A stretch of DNA of 64,000 bases from Nymphaea colorata. Lineage: Eukaryota. The stretch lies in assembly GCF_008831285.2 (NCBI RefSeq), contig NC_045138.2, positions 21,886,001 to 21,950,000 on the forward strand. The letters are read 5' to 3'. The notes beneath the pieces were generated by a model. That model had not been told where the DNA came from. It made no database searches and saw only the letters and a program-made list of their open reading frames with translations. Each line of letters begins with the position of its first letter. Position 1 is the first letter of the stretch. The position numbers and the translations under genes were made by a program. This document shows, in pieces, positions 24,000-35,800 of this stretch.

Positions 24000-24739
24000 C
24001 TCTCTCTTTCTCGAGTTAGCTCTCGCTCTTGGACGAAGTTGGGGAAATGGGGGATCGATCTTATGTGCAGGAAGCTGGATTGGATCATCTGCATGGGTCG
24101 AAATTTATAGTCAAGTGCAAAGACAGAATGGAGTTGATACCTGATACTCTTTCTGTCTCTTTCTAGATCTCTGTAATGATCTACAACTACCGAGTAAGCA
24201 CATGGGTTGGTCGGGCAAGAGGAAGGGGAAGAGGATTCTTCTCTCGGCAACTTAGACCTCTCGTTTTAGTCGTGGAAAGTGCTGTTCAAAACGCCATGCG
24301 TCCGCTTCTCCCCGATCATCACCGTCTACAATAAATGCATTGCCTGGTTACTACATCTATTCGATTGGAAGATGCTCTATAACTTGTGAAAATGGGTCAA
24401 AGCTTCAAGATTCGTGTGGTTGTCTACTAGCATTGATTAATGATTTGAGTTGCGGCTAGTTTGACGGCGTGGATTCAATTTTCGTCTCTTCTCATCCAAA
24501 GACAAAGAAAGTACTTCGAATGAGCTGGACTCTTCAATAAAGAAAAGGGAAGTTTCCTTGATCTAGATCATCAAGGAAGCCATATTTCATGAGAAATCGT
24601 ATTATCATCGAAAATACCTAACAAAAACTTGGCCAAGACTATTTCGGAATCGATATTTATGAGGGCGGTAGTTGTCAAAGAAATAAACTACGGAAGCTGC
24701 AAGTGATCCATCGTAGAAGAAGAAGAAAAAGGGACACAA

Positions 24740-25148
24740 GGTTTAAAAATCAAATTATTTCTTTTGCAAAGATTCGGACCATATGAATAAGGATTTTGCC
24801 ATAAGGAAGGTACTATCTTTACTTCGCTTTACTTCTAAAAGAATTATGTTGCAAGGCAATTTGGTCACATTTCTAGTGTAAACAATTGAAAGGCTTGTGG
24901 CAGATGTTGAAGTCCGCGCTTGATTCTCTTAATTTCAAACATTTTGACATTTGTGCTGAATGCATCAAAAGAAAGAAAACAAACATCAGAAAATTTGCAG
25001 ATGCCAAGAAAAGTTCAGACAGCTTGGAACTTATTCATATTGAAATTTATGGTTTATTCGCTACGGCTTCTTATGATATCTAATGGTATTTTATGATGTC
25101 CATATATGATTAATTATTTTCATTGTGGGTACTTGCATTTAATTCAAC
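24740..25148 (+). mobile_element. Decayed copia fragment (zinc knuckle and integrase N-terminus), related to element 3
   Basis: DSLNFKHFDICAECIKRKKTNIRK...LELIHIEIYGLF resembles the copia integrase motifs C..CIKGK.T and LELIHTDICGPF; no LTRs seen; ends approximate. Confidence 0.7.
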
Positions 25149-26115
25149 AACCTTCTTAAGTTAATCTGAAGATGATTTGTACTTCAAGATTTAACGTTTT
25201 CTGTAAACTTTTAAAATTAAATATTATATTGCTGTATGAGGAGGGTAGCTGCATGTTGGCCCTTTCATTTTCGGCTTGGCCTTGGCCTCATGTCCGTCGA
25301 CTTCTTGTCGAGAAAAAAATTAGACCTTGGCCCTTGCTTGTCCGCAAATGCTGACCATGGTTGTTGTGCATCGAGGAAACCGACGGTGATTGATCCAAGG
25401 AGCGACACTCAGAAGGTGCTCCTCTCGAGTCTTCCTTAGTTAAGACACCACTTGCACAAGGCAGTGGGGCATATAGTGTATGATGGCATTAGCAACGGAA
25501 AAGCCGTGGCCATTAGTTAACCAATTGGTTTGCTCTATCAAAGAAGAAACACATCAGTGGTTGTTGGATATTTTATATATATATATATATATATAATATG
25601 GGCAAGTTATTTCTATCCTATAATGACGGTGGCCAGTTTCCCTTCAAGTTCTTGAAGAGACTATCAAGCAATGTTCAAAATTGCATATATACAAAACATA
25701 TTTTTATTAAACGCCAAAAAATAACTCATAATCGCATTAAGTTTTTTTACCGTCACTTGCCCTCCTCTCCCTTTATCTAGACATACATATGATACTGGAG
25801 CATGAAAAATCCAATGCCAGAGACGAATTTGATATAACAAAATTGACTATAAGAATCGACCTCACCAACCTGTAGGTGAGGTGAACACAAGAAAGAATTG
25901 CAGAACGCTAGAAGTGATCTCCCTCATAAAGGAAGTTTGTTTACATGATTAGGTCACATTGTCTACAAATTAATAAAGGAATGAACGATCTGCAAAGCAA
26001 TTGATTACGTATCTCCAACGGCAAACAGTTCACAGAAGATGGGCATCAAGAAAAAATTATCCACATCAACGTGAAGGATGTCCTCGGTCGATTTCGTTGA
26101 AATTAACAGTGGAGC

Positions 26116-26460
26116 TCAACCCCGAGTGGCAGAAAACTTGGTGAAGAGATCATCCAGTTCCACGCAGTGCAGCAGACTGTCTCTGCTGTTCAAGATCTTC
26201 ATAAGGAAATGGAAGAGATCGACATCACAGGCAATCCTCAGGGCACCTCTGTAAGAGTACCCGAATTCCTCCACCGACAGCTGCAGCAACTTCTTCAGCA
26301 GAGGGTGATTCAGGTGGCGAGCTTCCATGACTAGCACCGAAGCTCTCGCATCTAATCCAACGGCGACTGGAACGTGGGCGGGCGGAACACCGGTACCGCG
26401 ACTGAAATGGGTCTTCTTCTTCGTCACAAAGTGGAAAAGTTTCTTCACGAATCCTTCCAT
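26116..26460 (-). CDS. SAUR: SAUR-family auxin-responsive protein, copy 4 (114 aa)
   Basis: Same SAUR core. Start placed at the MEGFVKK ATG homologous to the other copies rather than the upstream ATG at 26547. Confidence 0.9.
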   Translation of the reverse strand: MEGFVKKLFHFVTKKKTHFSRGTGVPPAHVPVAVGLDARASVLVMEARHLNHPLLKKLLQLSVEEFGYSYRGALRIACDVDLFHFLMKILNSRDSLLHCVELDDLFTKFSATRG

Positions 26461-27912
26461 CTCTCTCCCGTTTGTAGTGTCTGGGAGCTCTCGCTTTTGA
26501 TGGGGTATCGATCTCATATGCAGGAAGCTGGATTGGCTCATCTCCATGGGTCAAAATATATAGTTAAGGGCGAAGACAGGATGGAGTTCAAACTTCATAC
26601 TCTTTCTGTCTCTCTCTACATTTCCGTCAAGATCTACAACTACCGACTAAGCACATGGGTTGGTCGGGCAAGAAGATGAGGAACCGGAGTTCTTTTCTCT
26701 GCAACTTAGACCCCCGTTTTAGTCGTGGAATGTGTTATTCCAAAGGCCATGGGTCCGCTTCTCCGCGATCTTCTCCGTCAGCAATAAATGCCGTGCCTGG
26801 TTACTACATCTGTTCCGACAGGCGTCAGCAATGAAATTCCAGTTTCAAACTGTGTTAACTGTTCAAATGGCGCTTCTCACTTAAACTCAATCGCTTGAAA
26901 AGAAATCCCTCATAACAGGAATAACAAAGTGAGAAGAAGGGTAGAACCAGCAGGTTTCTACCAGTGACAGAAAATGTGTTTTTCTTTTTTCTTTCGGAAA
27001 AGACCACATGAAAATGTTTTAAAAAAATTGAAATGGAAAAAACACATCCCTTTTTGTATTTTAGAAAAACTCTAAAATGAAATTTTCATGTTTTTTTTTT
27101 GCATTTATCATTTTCTTGGCATTAGTTTTTGTAGTTTTTGCTTTAAAGCTTCAAACCTAAGCTAAATTGTTATCATTTTTTATTTTATATAGTTATTTTT
27201 ATGTTTTCTTGTAATTAGTTTTCATTTATTTTTTGTTTTATCTTATTTTTAGCATTTTTATTTTTTAAAAAATCACAAAATTTTCCTGAAATTTTCAGCT
27301 CTGCCAAAAAAATACCCCAAAAAAATCTTAAAATATGTTACCGGTATTTGTGACTATGGATCATTTTACAACCCAACTTAATATTCTTCTGCTTGCCTTT
27401 TTTTGGTTTGACATATAATGGCCTTGGCTAAATGCATTTCTTGGTAATGGCGGCAAACTGTCTTCTTCAAGATCAGTGTCCAAGTCAAAACCTAACCTTG
27501 TTTCTTCTTGTTAGAAATCTAAGCCCACATATACCAAACATTACATGCATGTACTATATTTATATAGATTAGTAGAGCCAGAAATTTTGGCTGGACTGAA
27601 CTAATTCAATAGCTTTCATACATAAAATATGTACATATAATAAAATAAAGTCCAAATCCATAAAGATGGGCAAAACCATCATTTGAACTCTCAAAAGTTT
27701 ATAAACAAGGTTATAGTTTTGCTTATAAATCAAAATTCACATGCTTCCGCTTAACTTTTCTCAATGAGGAGCATGAACAATTCGTATTTTTGCATGAACA
27801 ATTCAATGAGGAGCATGAACAATTCGTATAGTTTTGCTTATCATTTGGTATATGTCTTTGTTTGACCGCGAATCTCCCCCCTTTTCTTCTTTCCCTCAAC
27901 TTGACCTTAAAT

Positions 27913-28240
27913 TAAAGGTGGGCATCAGGCCTGACCGGGCCTCTAAGGGCCGGCTTGGCTCGGTAAGGGCCGGCCCGATCTGGCCCGATAGCTCGGCTCT
28001 GGTTCGGCCCATTTAAAATTAAAAAATAATTTTTTAATTATGAAATAATTTTTTAAATATAAAATATATTTAATAATAATAAATATATATTATTAAAACA
28101 AAAAAAATATTTTTTTAATATAAACGGGCTAAACGAGTCGGGCTGGGCTGACCCAGGCCGGACTATCGGGCTCGGGCCCAGCCAAGGCCAGGTTTTTCCT
28201 GGCCCAAGCCCGGGCCGGCCCGACCCGATGCCCAGGCTTA
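27913..28240. mobile_element. hAT-type MITE (GGCCCG-rich family)
   Basis: TIR TAAAGGTGGGCATC / GATGCCCAGGCTTA; perfect 8-bp TSD CCTTAAAT (27905-27912, 28241-28248). Related pieces at about 30490-30733 and 48335-48648. Confidence 0.88.
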
Positions 28241-28920
28241 CCTTAAATCCATCAATTTGGATATGATTTTTTTTTTCAAGCCTGATGAATGTCCGAAAAA
28301 CTGGATACAATTATGGACATACCGTATTCGAATCCCATTCTCAGGTGTGTTGAATAATAACCATTTATGAAACATAAAAAAAAATCCTTTTATAAGAAAA
28401 CATGTTTCGGGGAAAAGTTGAGAGATAAATGACTCGAAAGATCAAGGGTCATTTCTCTTGGACCTTATAGAATACGATGCATTTGATTTGGATCATTTTT
28501 CTCACAAATTATAGAAGTTCAGATCATTCAAGTTATATAAATTTAGATAACTTGACTCCCGTGCGTGCATACCCAAACATGTCGAAATGATTTAAAAAAA
28601 AAAATTGCTATTGAAATCGTCATACATTAAAAATACTGTTGTACCATAAATCATTTGCTAGTGCTTATGTGACAACAGTTTTTTATTGATATATTTATAA
28701 TGAAAATTTAAAATTAGATATTTTTCACTAATAAAAATTGCGACAAAAGCATTAACAACGGTTTATGATGTAGCAACTGTTAATAGTGTTTTTAGCAAGG
28801 GTCATGGTTCTTTCAGCTATAGTATATGAGGCTTTCAAATTTGTAACTATTAGCCATTTTAACTTTTGGCATCTGCAACATTCTCCATATATATATATAT
28901 ATATATATATAAGTGTGTGT

Positions 28921-29097
28921 GATTACTGACACCTTGTCAAGCGTAGCCAAGGGAAGTTCCTCCACCGGTTCCGGCTGCCGGAGAACGCCAAGGTGGGTCA
29001 GCTGAAGGTGGCGATCGAGGACGGCATTCTCACCGTGACCATGTCCAAGGGGGAGGTCAAGAAGCCGGAAGTCAAGTCGATAGAGATCTCCGGGTGA
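28921..29097 (+). pseudogene. C-terminal fragment of a class I cytosolic small heat-shock protein (HSP20)
   Basis: Translates as [57 protein letters not shown], matching the class I sHSP end ([21 protein letters not shown]...ENGVLTVTVPK...[12 protein letters not shown]). The conserved Trp is a TGA and the N-terminal part is absent. Confidence 0.92.
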
Positions 29098-30446
29098 GAA
29101 TTTCTCCTGGTCTCTGGTTGTCCCCAATCAGTCGCGGAGGGAACGGGAGATTTTAAAAACTTTAAAAATTTATAAATATCTGCAGATCACATTTATTTTT
29201 AGACAAATATCCTATAATGCTGAAATTTGGTAAATTCGGTTCAAAATTTGGGTTCAGGCTCCGATTTAGACTGGATTCAAATGGTTGGATTTCAGATTCA
29301 GATTAAAATATGGTTTTTTTTATTGGAATTCGAATTTGGGTCCAAATATGTGAATATCCAAAAAAATGGATAAGATTATGGTATATTTGATCTGAATCTG
29401 ATCCATTGACATCTTTAGTCTCCATTACAAACTTTCATGACCTCAACTCTTTGTATACCGATATGCAAGTTGAATCATAGCAGGATGTCACTCCGAGTCA
29501 TTGCAAACTGGGTTTGGACTCTGGTGGGGTGGTACTTGGGTAGTGGGATTAGCCTCCTGCTCACTTGGACATTACCTTTCAGGGTAGCTAAGGATGATAA
29601 AAATTGGCAAAGATAATATAAAGAAAAAAAAAATTGATGTCATGGACTAAAACCTAACCTACAATCTTCTTCTCCAAAAAAATGGCATCCCATATTGTAG
29701 GTTGCAAGTGGCTTTCCAAAATAAAATGCAATGCCTCTTTCAGCCTCATGCTCTCCATTTTCCTATGTCATAACCACAGTATCAAGCAACTAGCTAGATG
29801 TCCACAATGCCTCCCTGCATGAACATTTCTTTGAGCATATTTGCATATAGTAGCCACCAAGTTTAGAAGATCAACATTTTCCTAACCATGCATGCAAGCT
29901 AAGTATAGGCTCCATGGGGTCTTAAAAAGACCCCCTAAAGCTTGGTACTCTAATGTAAAAAACTTTCAATATTGGATTCAAAGGAAACCTTTGTTCTAGA
30001 GGGACTCTTCTAAATACATAAACCATGCAATTCAAGGGAGGGGAGGAAACCCAAACCAATGTAATTAGGCACACTGAGGCGTGAAGCGTATGCTTTAAAG
30101 CATTTTTCCACCGCTTCAACGTCGGCTTGAGGCGTAAGTGGCCTTTAGCTGAAGCATTCGCTGCTCGATGTGAGATGCTAAAAGTGCTGAAACTCAAGTT
30201 ACCAAAATATTGAGGTAACAACACACCTCAGTGACGCGTTTGAATTATTTTAAATAGAAAAGGGTACAACTCATTATTCAAAAAGCCAGCTCCTAATGAT
30301 GCAGATACAACATGCGGATTACAATAAATAAATCTGAAGAATTGGAGCGTGGTCTCGTGAACCTGATGCTATTAACAGTTTCTTTTACATGCGTCTCATG
30401 TGCAGGCACAAAACGAACCTACCTTCCTTATTTTTAAATTTTGTTC

Positions 30447-30450
<4 letters not shown>

Positions 30451-30487
<37 letters not shown>
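30451..30487. repeat. (CT)n microsatellite
   Basis: Pure dinucleotide run. Confidence 0.9.
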
Positions 30488-30489
<2 letters not shown>

Positions 30490-31153
30490 ACTGAACCCAA
30501 CCGCCGCTAGGTACCCTATACCTAGCCCTAGCCCAGGTGGGCCCAATAATCCTGATTCAGACCTAATAATTGGTTTTTTATTTTTTAAAATTAATTTATA
30601 TATATATATATTTATAATATTTTATGATAATTAATTATATTTATATATTATTTTATATTTAAAAATTTATTTTTACATTTAATGAAGCCAGCCCAGTTTT
30701 TGGATGTCGGGTCGACCCGATGCCCAAGCTTACACACAAACACACCAGAAGGGCATAATTTTCTTTTTAGTTTTTATTTTTTTCTTTATGAGGCTAAATG
30801 GACATGTTCTTGTCCCCCTCTCCTTCTCTCTCTCTCTCTCTCTCATTTGTCTCGTGTTGTAATAGATTGATACCTAAAAAGTTTATTTTGTAAAACCGCT
30901 TCCCCCTTTCTCTCTCCCTCCCACGGCAACAGCTTTCCTTCCTCTTACAGTAAATCAACAACAATATCTCACTTATGTCGTTATTTTCTTAATTGCAAGC
31001 ATAAAATAAAAGATCTCACTTAAACATCTTTGAATTATCCATTTGTTATAGATGAATGTTTCTTCTTTTTTTTTTCTCAATAAGTGCAATACATGGTAAA
31101 TTGGAAAACAATTAGAAAGGAATTGAGGAAAAATTTTGATGTCTTCCTATAAC

Positions 31154-31494
31154 TAGGGCTGGACAATGGGTCGAGCCAACTCGAGTAAAAGAACTGAGCT
31201 CGAGCTTAACTGAAAACTGGAACTTATAAACATGAATTAAACTCGAGTATGCTCATTTAATCTCCGTTTTTTTTTTTTTTTTGTAATTTCTAACCTAAAA
31301 CCAATGACAGAGATAAAGTCAAATGGGGATGGACTTGGTAAACAAAGATAAACAAGTCAAGCTCGAGCCAAGACTTAGTCTATCGAATCAAGCTCAAGCA
31401 GAGTTTATGTAGCTCGACTCAAGCAAGATATGAGTCAAGTCGAGTCGAGCTGACTGAGATTGAGCTCAACTTGAACGGCTCGTGTGCAACCCTA
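31154..31494. mobile_element. hAT-type MITE (CGAGCTCGAG-rich family)
   Basis: TIR TAGGGCTGGACA / TGTGCAACCCTA; TSD CCTATAAC/CCTATAAT (7 of 8). Related copies near 53488-53930 and 54675-54795. Confidence 0.85.
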
Positions 31495-31900
31495 CCTATA
31501 ATGAGATTGACATACTTCATTGGCATACTTATGTTTTACTGCATCAAGCCATACTTCCCGCCTCACGACAGGCTTAATGTGTTGCTTCGCTTCATCGCTT
31601 TTAACAATATTGATCTAAGCTTTTCCTCGTTGCACATATTAGAATTGTTTCTCAAACACACCTGCTCATGAAGATACGCACGATCGATGTCAAACTGCAC
31701 TTATAGCATGCATGTCTCCTTCCTTGTCCAAAGATTGGACCAAATTTAATGGTGCCACACACTTTATAAGGACTAGTGTTATTAGTGCTTGAAATATGCT
31801 ATATATTATCACCGGTCCATACATCATTTTGGTCGTGAACTAAGTTTTTTGTCATTGTATGTAAGATCGAACTATATTGAATTGCAATTAAACACATTCT

Positions 31901-31944
<44 letters not shown>

Positions 31945-32821
31945 AAAAGAACTATAGAGTATCAGTTGACACTCATTGCTAGATTAGATGAAACCATAAA
32001 TGCCTATCCCATATTCCGTGGGCCCGGTGAGCAGGATCTTACGGTTCAAAGACACCCAACTTTCTTGTGGTATAACAAAGAACATGCTTACCTAAGCATG
32101 CTTCTTGTTTTCTTTTTGAAAGTTGAATTAGATCGTGTGTTCATAACTTCCTTCTTTTCAACAATCTTAACATAATTAGTTCACTTAGATCTCAATGCAG
32201 ATCTAGACCCCAACAGCAGAGGGAAGAAGGAGACCCTTCGGCTTCACTTATGTCTCAATGCAGCTCTAGACCCCAAGAACAAGGGGAAGAAACCTCTCAC
32301 CCACGCGGTGGAATGGCACAGTCTAATGGACAAAGGGAGAGCCTCTTGAGTCTTAAACCGGAAACCTGCCTAACAAGTGACTGAAGCTTCTCCCTTTGGC
32401 CGACAAAAGGAAACTGAAAAGAACAGAAAATTGAGAATGAAATGCGGGATTGTATTGTTCGTCTCTAATAATCGGACACGATTGCTTGGAGGACATTAAA
32501 AAGTAAACACACATTAAGTATTCTATCTTGGAATTGTATTCTCCAAAATAAATAGTAAAAGCATCATTATCGTCATAATATCATTGTTCAAAAAATAAAT
32601 AATCAAAAACGTGAAACAACTATACCTCTAGATATGCCACATTATACAACATTCGAGATCCAAAACAACCATGAAACTGAAATGGAAAAATTAGCCTTTG
32701 AAGAAGAGGCTACCATGGCTGGATTCTTCTTCAACAAACCTTCTGCTAGGACATAGGTCGATGCTCACGTTGATCCTATATCCAGGAGCGGTACCTACAC
32801 TAACAACCACCACTACTAGCC

Positions 32822-35800
32822 TCAACCTTTCGTTTCACTGCCAAGCTCAATGTCCTTCACAGGAGTGTTCTCAACTCCATCTTTCAACAGGCTCATGTCC
32901 TCTTCTGTAAGGCTTTCTTTGTACTGCGAAGCCTTTGCATTAGCTTGTTTCTCTTTCTCAACAGCCCAGCTATAGACAACCATGCCAACAATGGCAAGAG
33001 CCATTCCTAATATATTTTTCAGTGTCAATTCTGAGTCAAATAGCAGCCATCCTAGTGTGAGAACACAGACTGTCTTCATATGACCCAAAACCTGGAATGA
33101 GACAGCAGAGAAGCGGCCAATGCAGAGATATTGGCTCACATTGCAGAACACCGCAAGGGAACATGAAAGGAGGATAAAAAGCTGCAAAAATTTTGAGAGG
33201 GATCAGGTTGGTTCAATCATTTGCAAACAATAGACAAATGCACACAAATGTTACTATATGCCAGAGTGTGTGTGAGAGAGAGAGAGGGAAAGAGAGCAGC
33301 TCACCACAGCACCAGTAGATAAGTGGTATCTGAAAATAAATTGCCCAGAAAGCAAATAATCCACGATAGGGCCAAACAGAAGGAGAGAGACAGCCTGTAT
33401 GGGAGCCGTCTTGCTTAACAACTCAAAAGATCCAATCGAGTACTTCTTTTGTAATGAGCCGATGGTCTACAAAATAAAAACCATAGAATAAGACTAAAAT
33501 GCAATTGAAGTGTTGCATCTTTCTAAAGTTTTACAAGGACGGAAAAGAGCACTTAGGACATATCAACTCTCTAATTAACTTAATATGGAAAAGGTTAGCT
33601 ACAGCGTCCAGGAGTAAACTTTCAATAAGGTAAGGCAAATAAATGATCATACGCACTTATAGGTTCAAACATTCTGATGCAACTTTTCTAATTCCGCAAG
33701 AAATTTTTGCCATTGGCCTTACATTTTACCATGTTCGATTCCAACAAATTGAATATGGAAGAGGTAGACCCAGTCAGAGATAGACATATTTGCAAAAAGA
33801 ATACCAGCAGTCCTAGCTTCGTTTATCTGGATCCAACCCAGATCAATAGATTTGATATAATGTTCCACAAAGAGTGGCATAAGATGACTACGTCAGAGTT
33901 AGAAAGGCAGCAAAAATGGTCAATATATTATTACATACATCAGTGACAGCAAAAGCAAGCATGGAAAATGTTCAACACATGACAACCAAATGAACAAGCC
34001 CTTGGGAATCCTTTAAATTTATGGCAATTTTCTACGAAAAGAATCCTAGAGCATGTGATTCTCCACTAAGACATTTAAATTTTCTAGAAGCAACAGCTAT
34101 CGTATGATTATAAGCCTTGGTTCCATGTCTGCCAGACACTACAAATTAGTAACACTTCTAGTGGACAAAACAAGGTAAATTCGAAGGACCGCAAACCCAT
34201 GCACCATGATCCCTAGTTCAACTGCAAACAATATAAACAAATTCTCACTACAACAGAAATGTTCTTTTATAAACGGCATGCTAACCTGGCGGCTTTTCGA
34301 ATTTCAATAGACAAATGAAAACCTTCATTGAATATTTCTCAAAAGCTTATCTTTCCCCAAAGGGGCAAAAATTATAAGAATTGTGAAAAGCTATTGTAGC
34401 ACATGAAACGTATCCATAACGATTTTAAATTAAAACTTGAACAGAAATGCAGGACACATTCAAGCACCTTCCTGCCAACTTCAAGAATGTTTTGAGAGCT
34501 AAATCAAAAGTAAACTGCTCCATTGGAAAATTTCATGAAAAGATTCAAAATCACATTCAAATTTTCCAACATCCCTCACATTATAGAATAAAAATCTTAT
34601 TCTCCAGAGGTGTTCTTGGAGAAAATGGTACCAAAGGATACTAAAACAGGAGTTGAAAATATATGCAACACATTAAAATTAAAAGGACAGTAAACCAGAA
34701 AAGTCGTCATTTAGACTAAGACAAGTAACAGAAAAGTAGATTAGTTCTAAGTTTTAGGGTGCATTTGTGCATATAAATCCATGGCAAAGGCCAAGACTGC
34801 AAATACTATAACTGTAAATACCGACAAAATGCCCCTTACCCCCAAGTGAGTTGCTTTTGGAGCTTCTGCCATTCCTATTTGACTCAGTAGTAGCTCTCTC
34901 CCTTCTTCTGTCTTCCTGTTAGTTTTCTTAAGCCATATCAGAGTATCTCTAAGATATCCCATTGTTCTCTCTTCCCTCTTACTTTGCCGTGGATTCATTA
35001 CTTTCTCTTATTATTTGTGCAACTTGCTCTGCGGAATTTCACCATATATGGAAGACCGACTATCCTATTATAATATTATTTTTAGTCCAATCATTACTTT
35101 ACTTTCCTAAGTCATTTCATATCCAAAATTTCTATCTAGATCATAATATTCACATAGATTTTTCCCTTTTTCTGAACCTCCTCTTAAGTGCACCTTCTAT
35201 CTAAGCTTTAAAATATCATTCTACATTCTCAAATCCTACTTCCGTCTAGTGCCTACATACTCATATCTTCGAGTATTTCTTTCAATTCAATTGAGTCCTA
35301 GCCAGTTTACCTTTTACAAACTACCTATTCTTATTATCTTCTTATAATGTCTCCAAGAGAGAATGCAAGGGGGAAGAGGACGTGTCACTTAGATTAGGCA
35401 TCAGACATACCCTTGCTAGCAGTAGGAACAAAAGGCGATCTACAAGGCAATTTACATTTATACATGACCTGATATAGCTTGAATAATACAAATGCCCTGA
35501 CATACCCTTCCTAGTAATAGGAACAAAAGGTGATCTACAAGGCAATTTACATTTACACCATATAAATGACCCGATCTAACTTGAATAATATAAATCCCTT
35601 TGAGTTATAGCACTAACAGAAAGATCTATTCTACAGCCTTGACACATATGGATCTAAATATGCAACCAGCTCTTTGACAATACGAGCCAAGTGTGGGGAA
35701 GGCAGTAAAACAAGATTCTGCTGATTTAACGTTTTTTCAAAATATCACGATTTTCTCCCTTTTTCTGTTTTTTCATTTTTTTATTAATATTGAGATATTT

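Noticed and set aside
26461..26547. 29-aa N-terminal extension of SAUR copy 4
   Set aside because: The upstream ATG lies less than 10 nt from the conserved TATA position, so it is probably upstream of the transcription start. The other copies start at the M(E/K)GF ATG.
28813..29127. 104-aa minus-strand ORF
   Set aside because: Antisense shadow of the HSP20 fragment running into an (AT)n run.
34813..35318. Possible solo LTR in URGT intron 3 (TGTAAA...TTTACA)
   Set aside because: Flanks ATAAC and AACTA do not form a TSD, and there is no second copy in the window.
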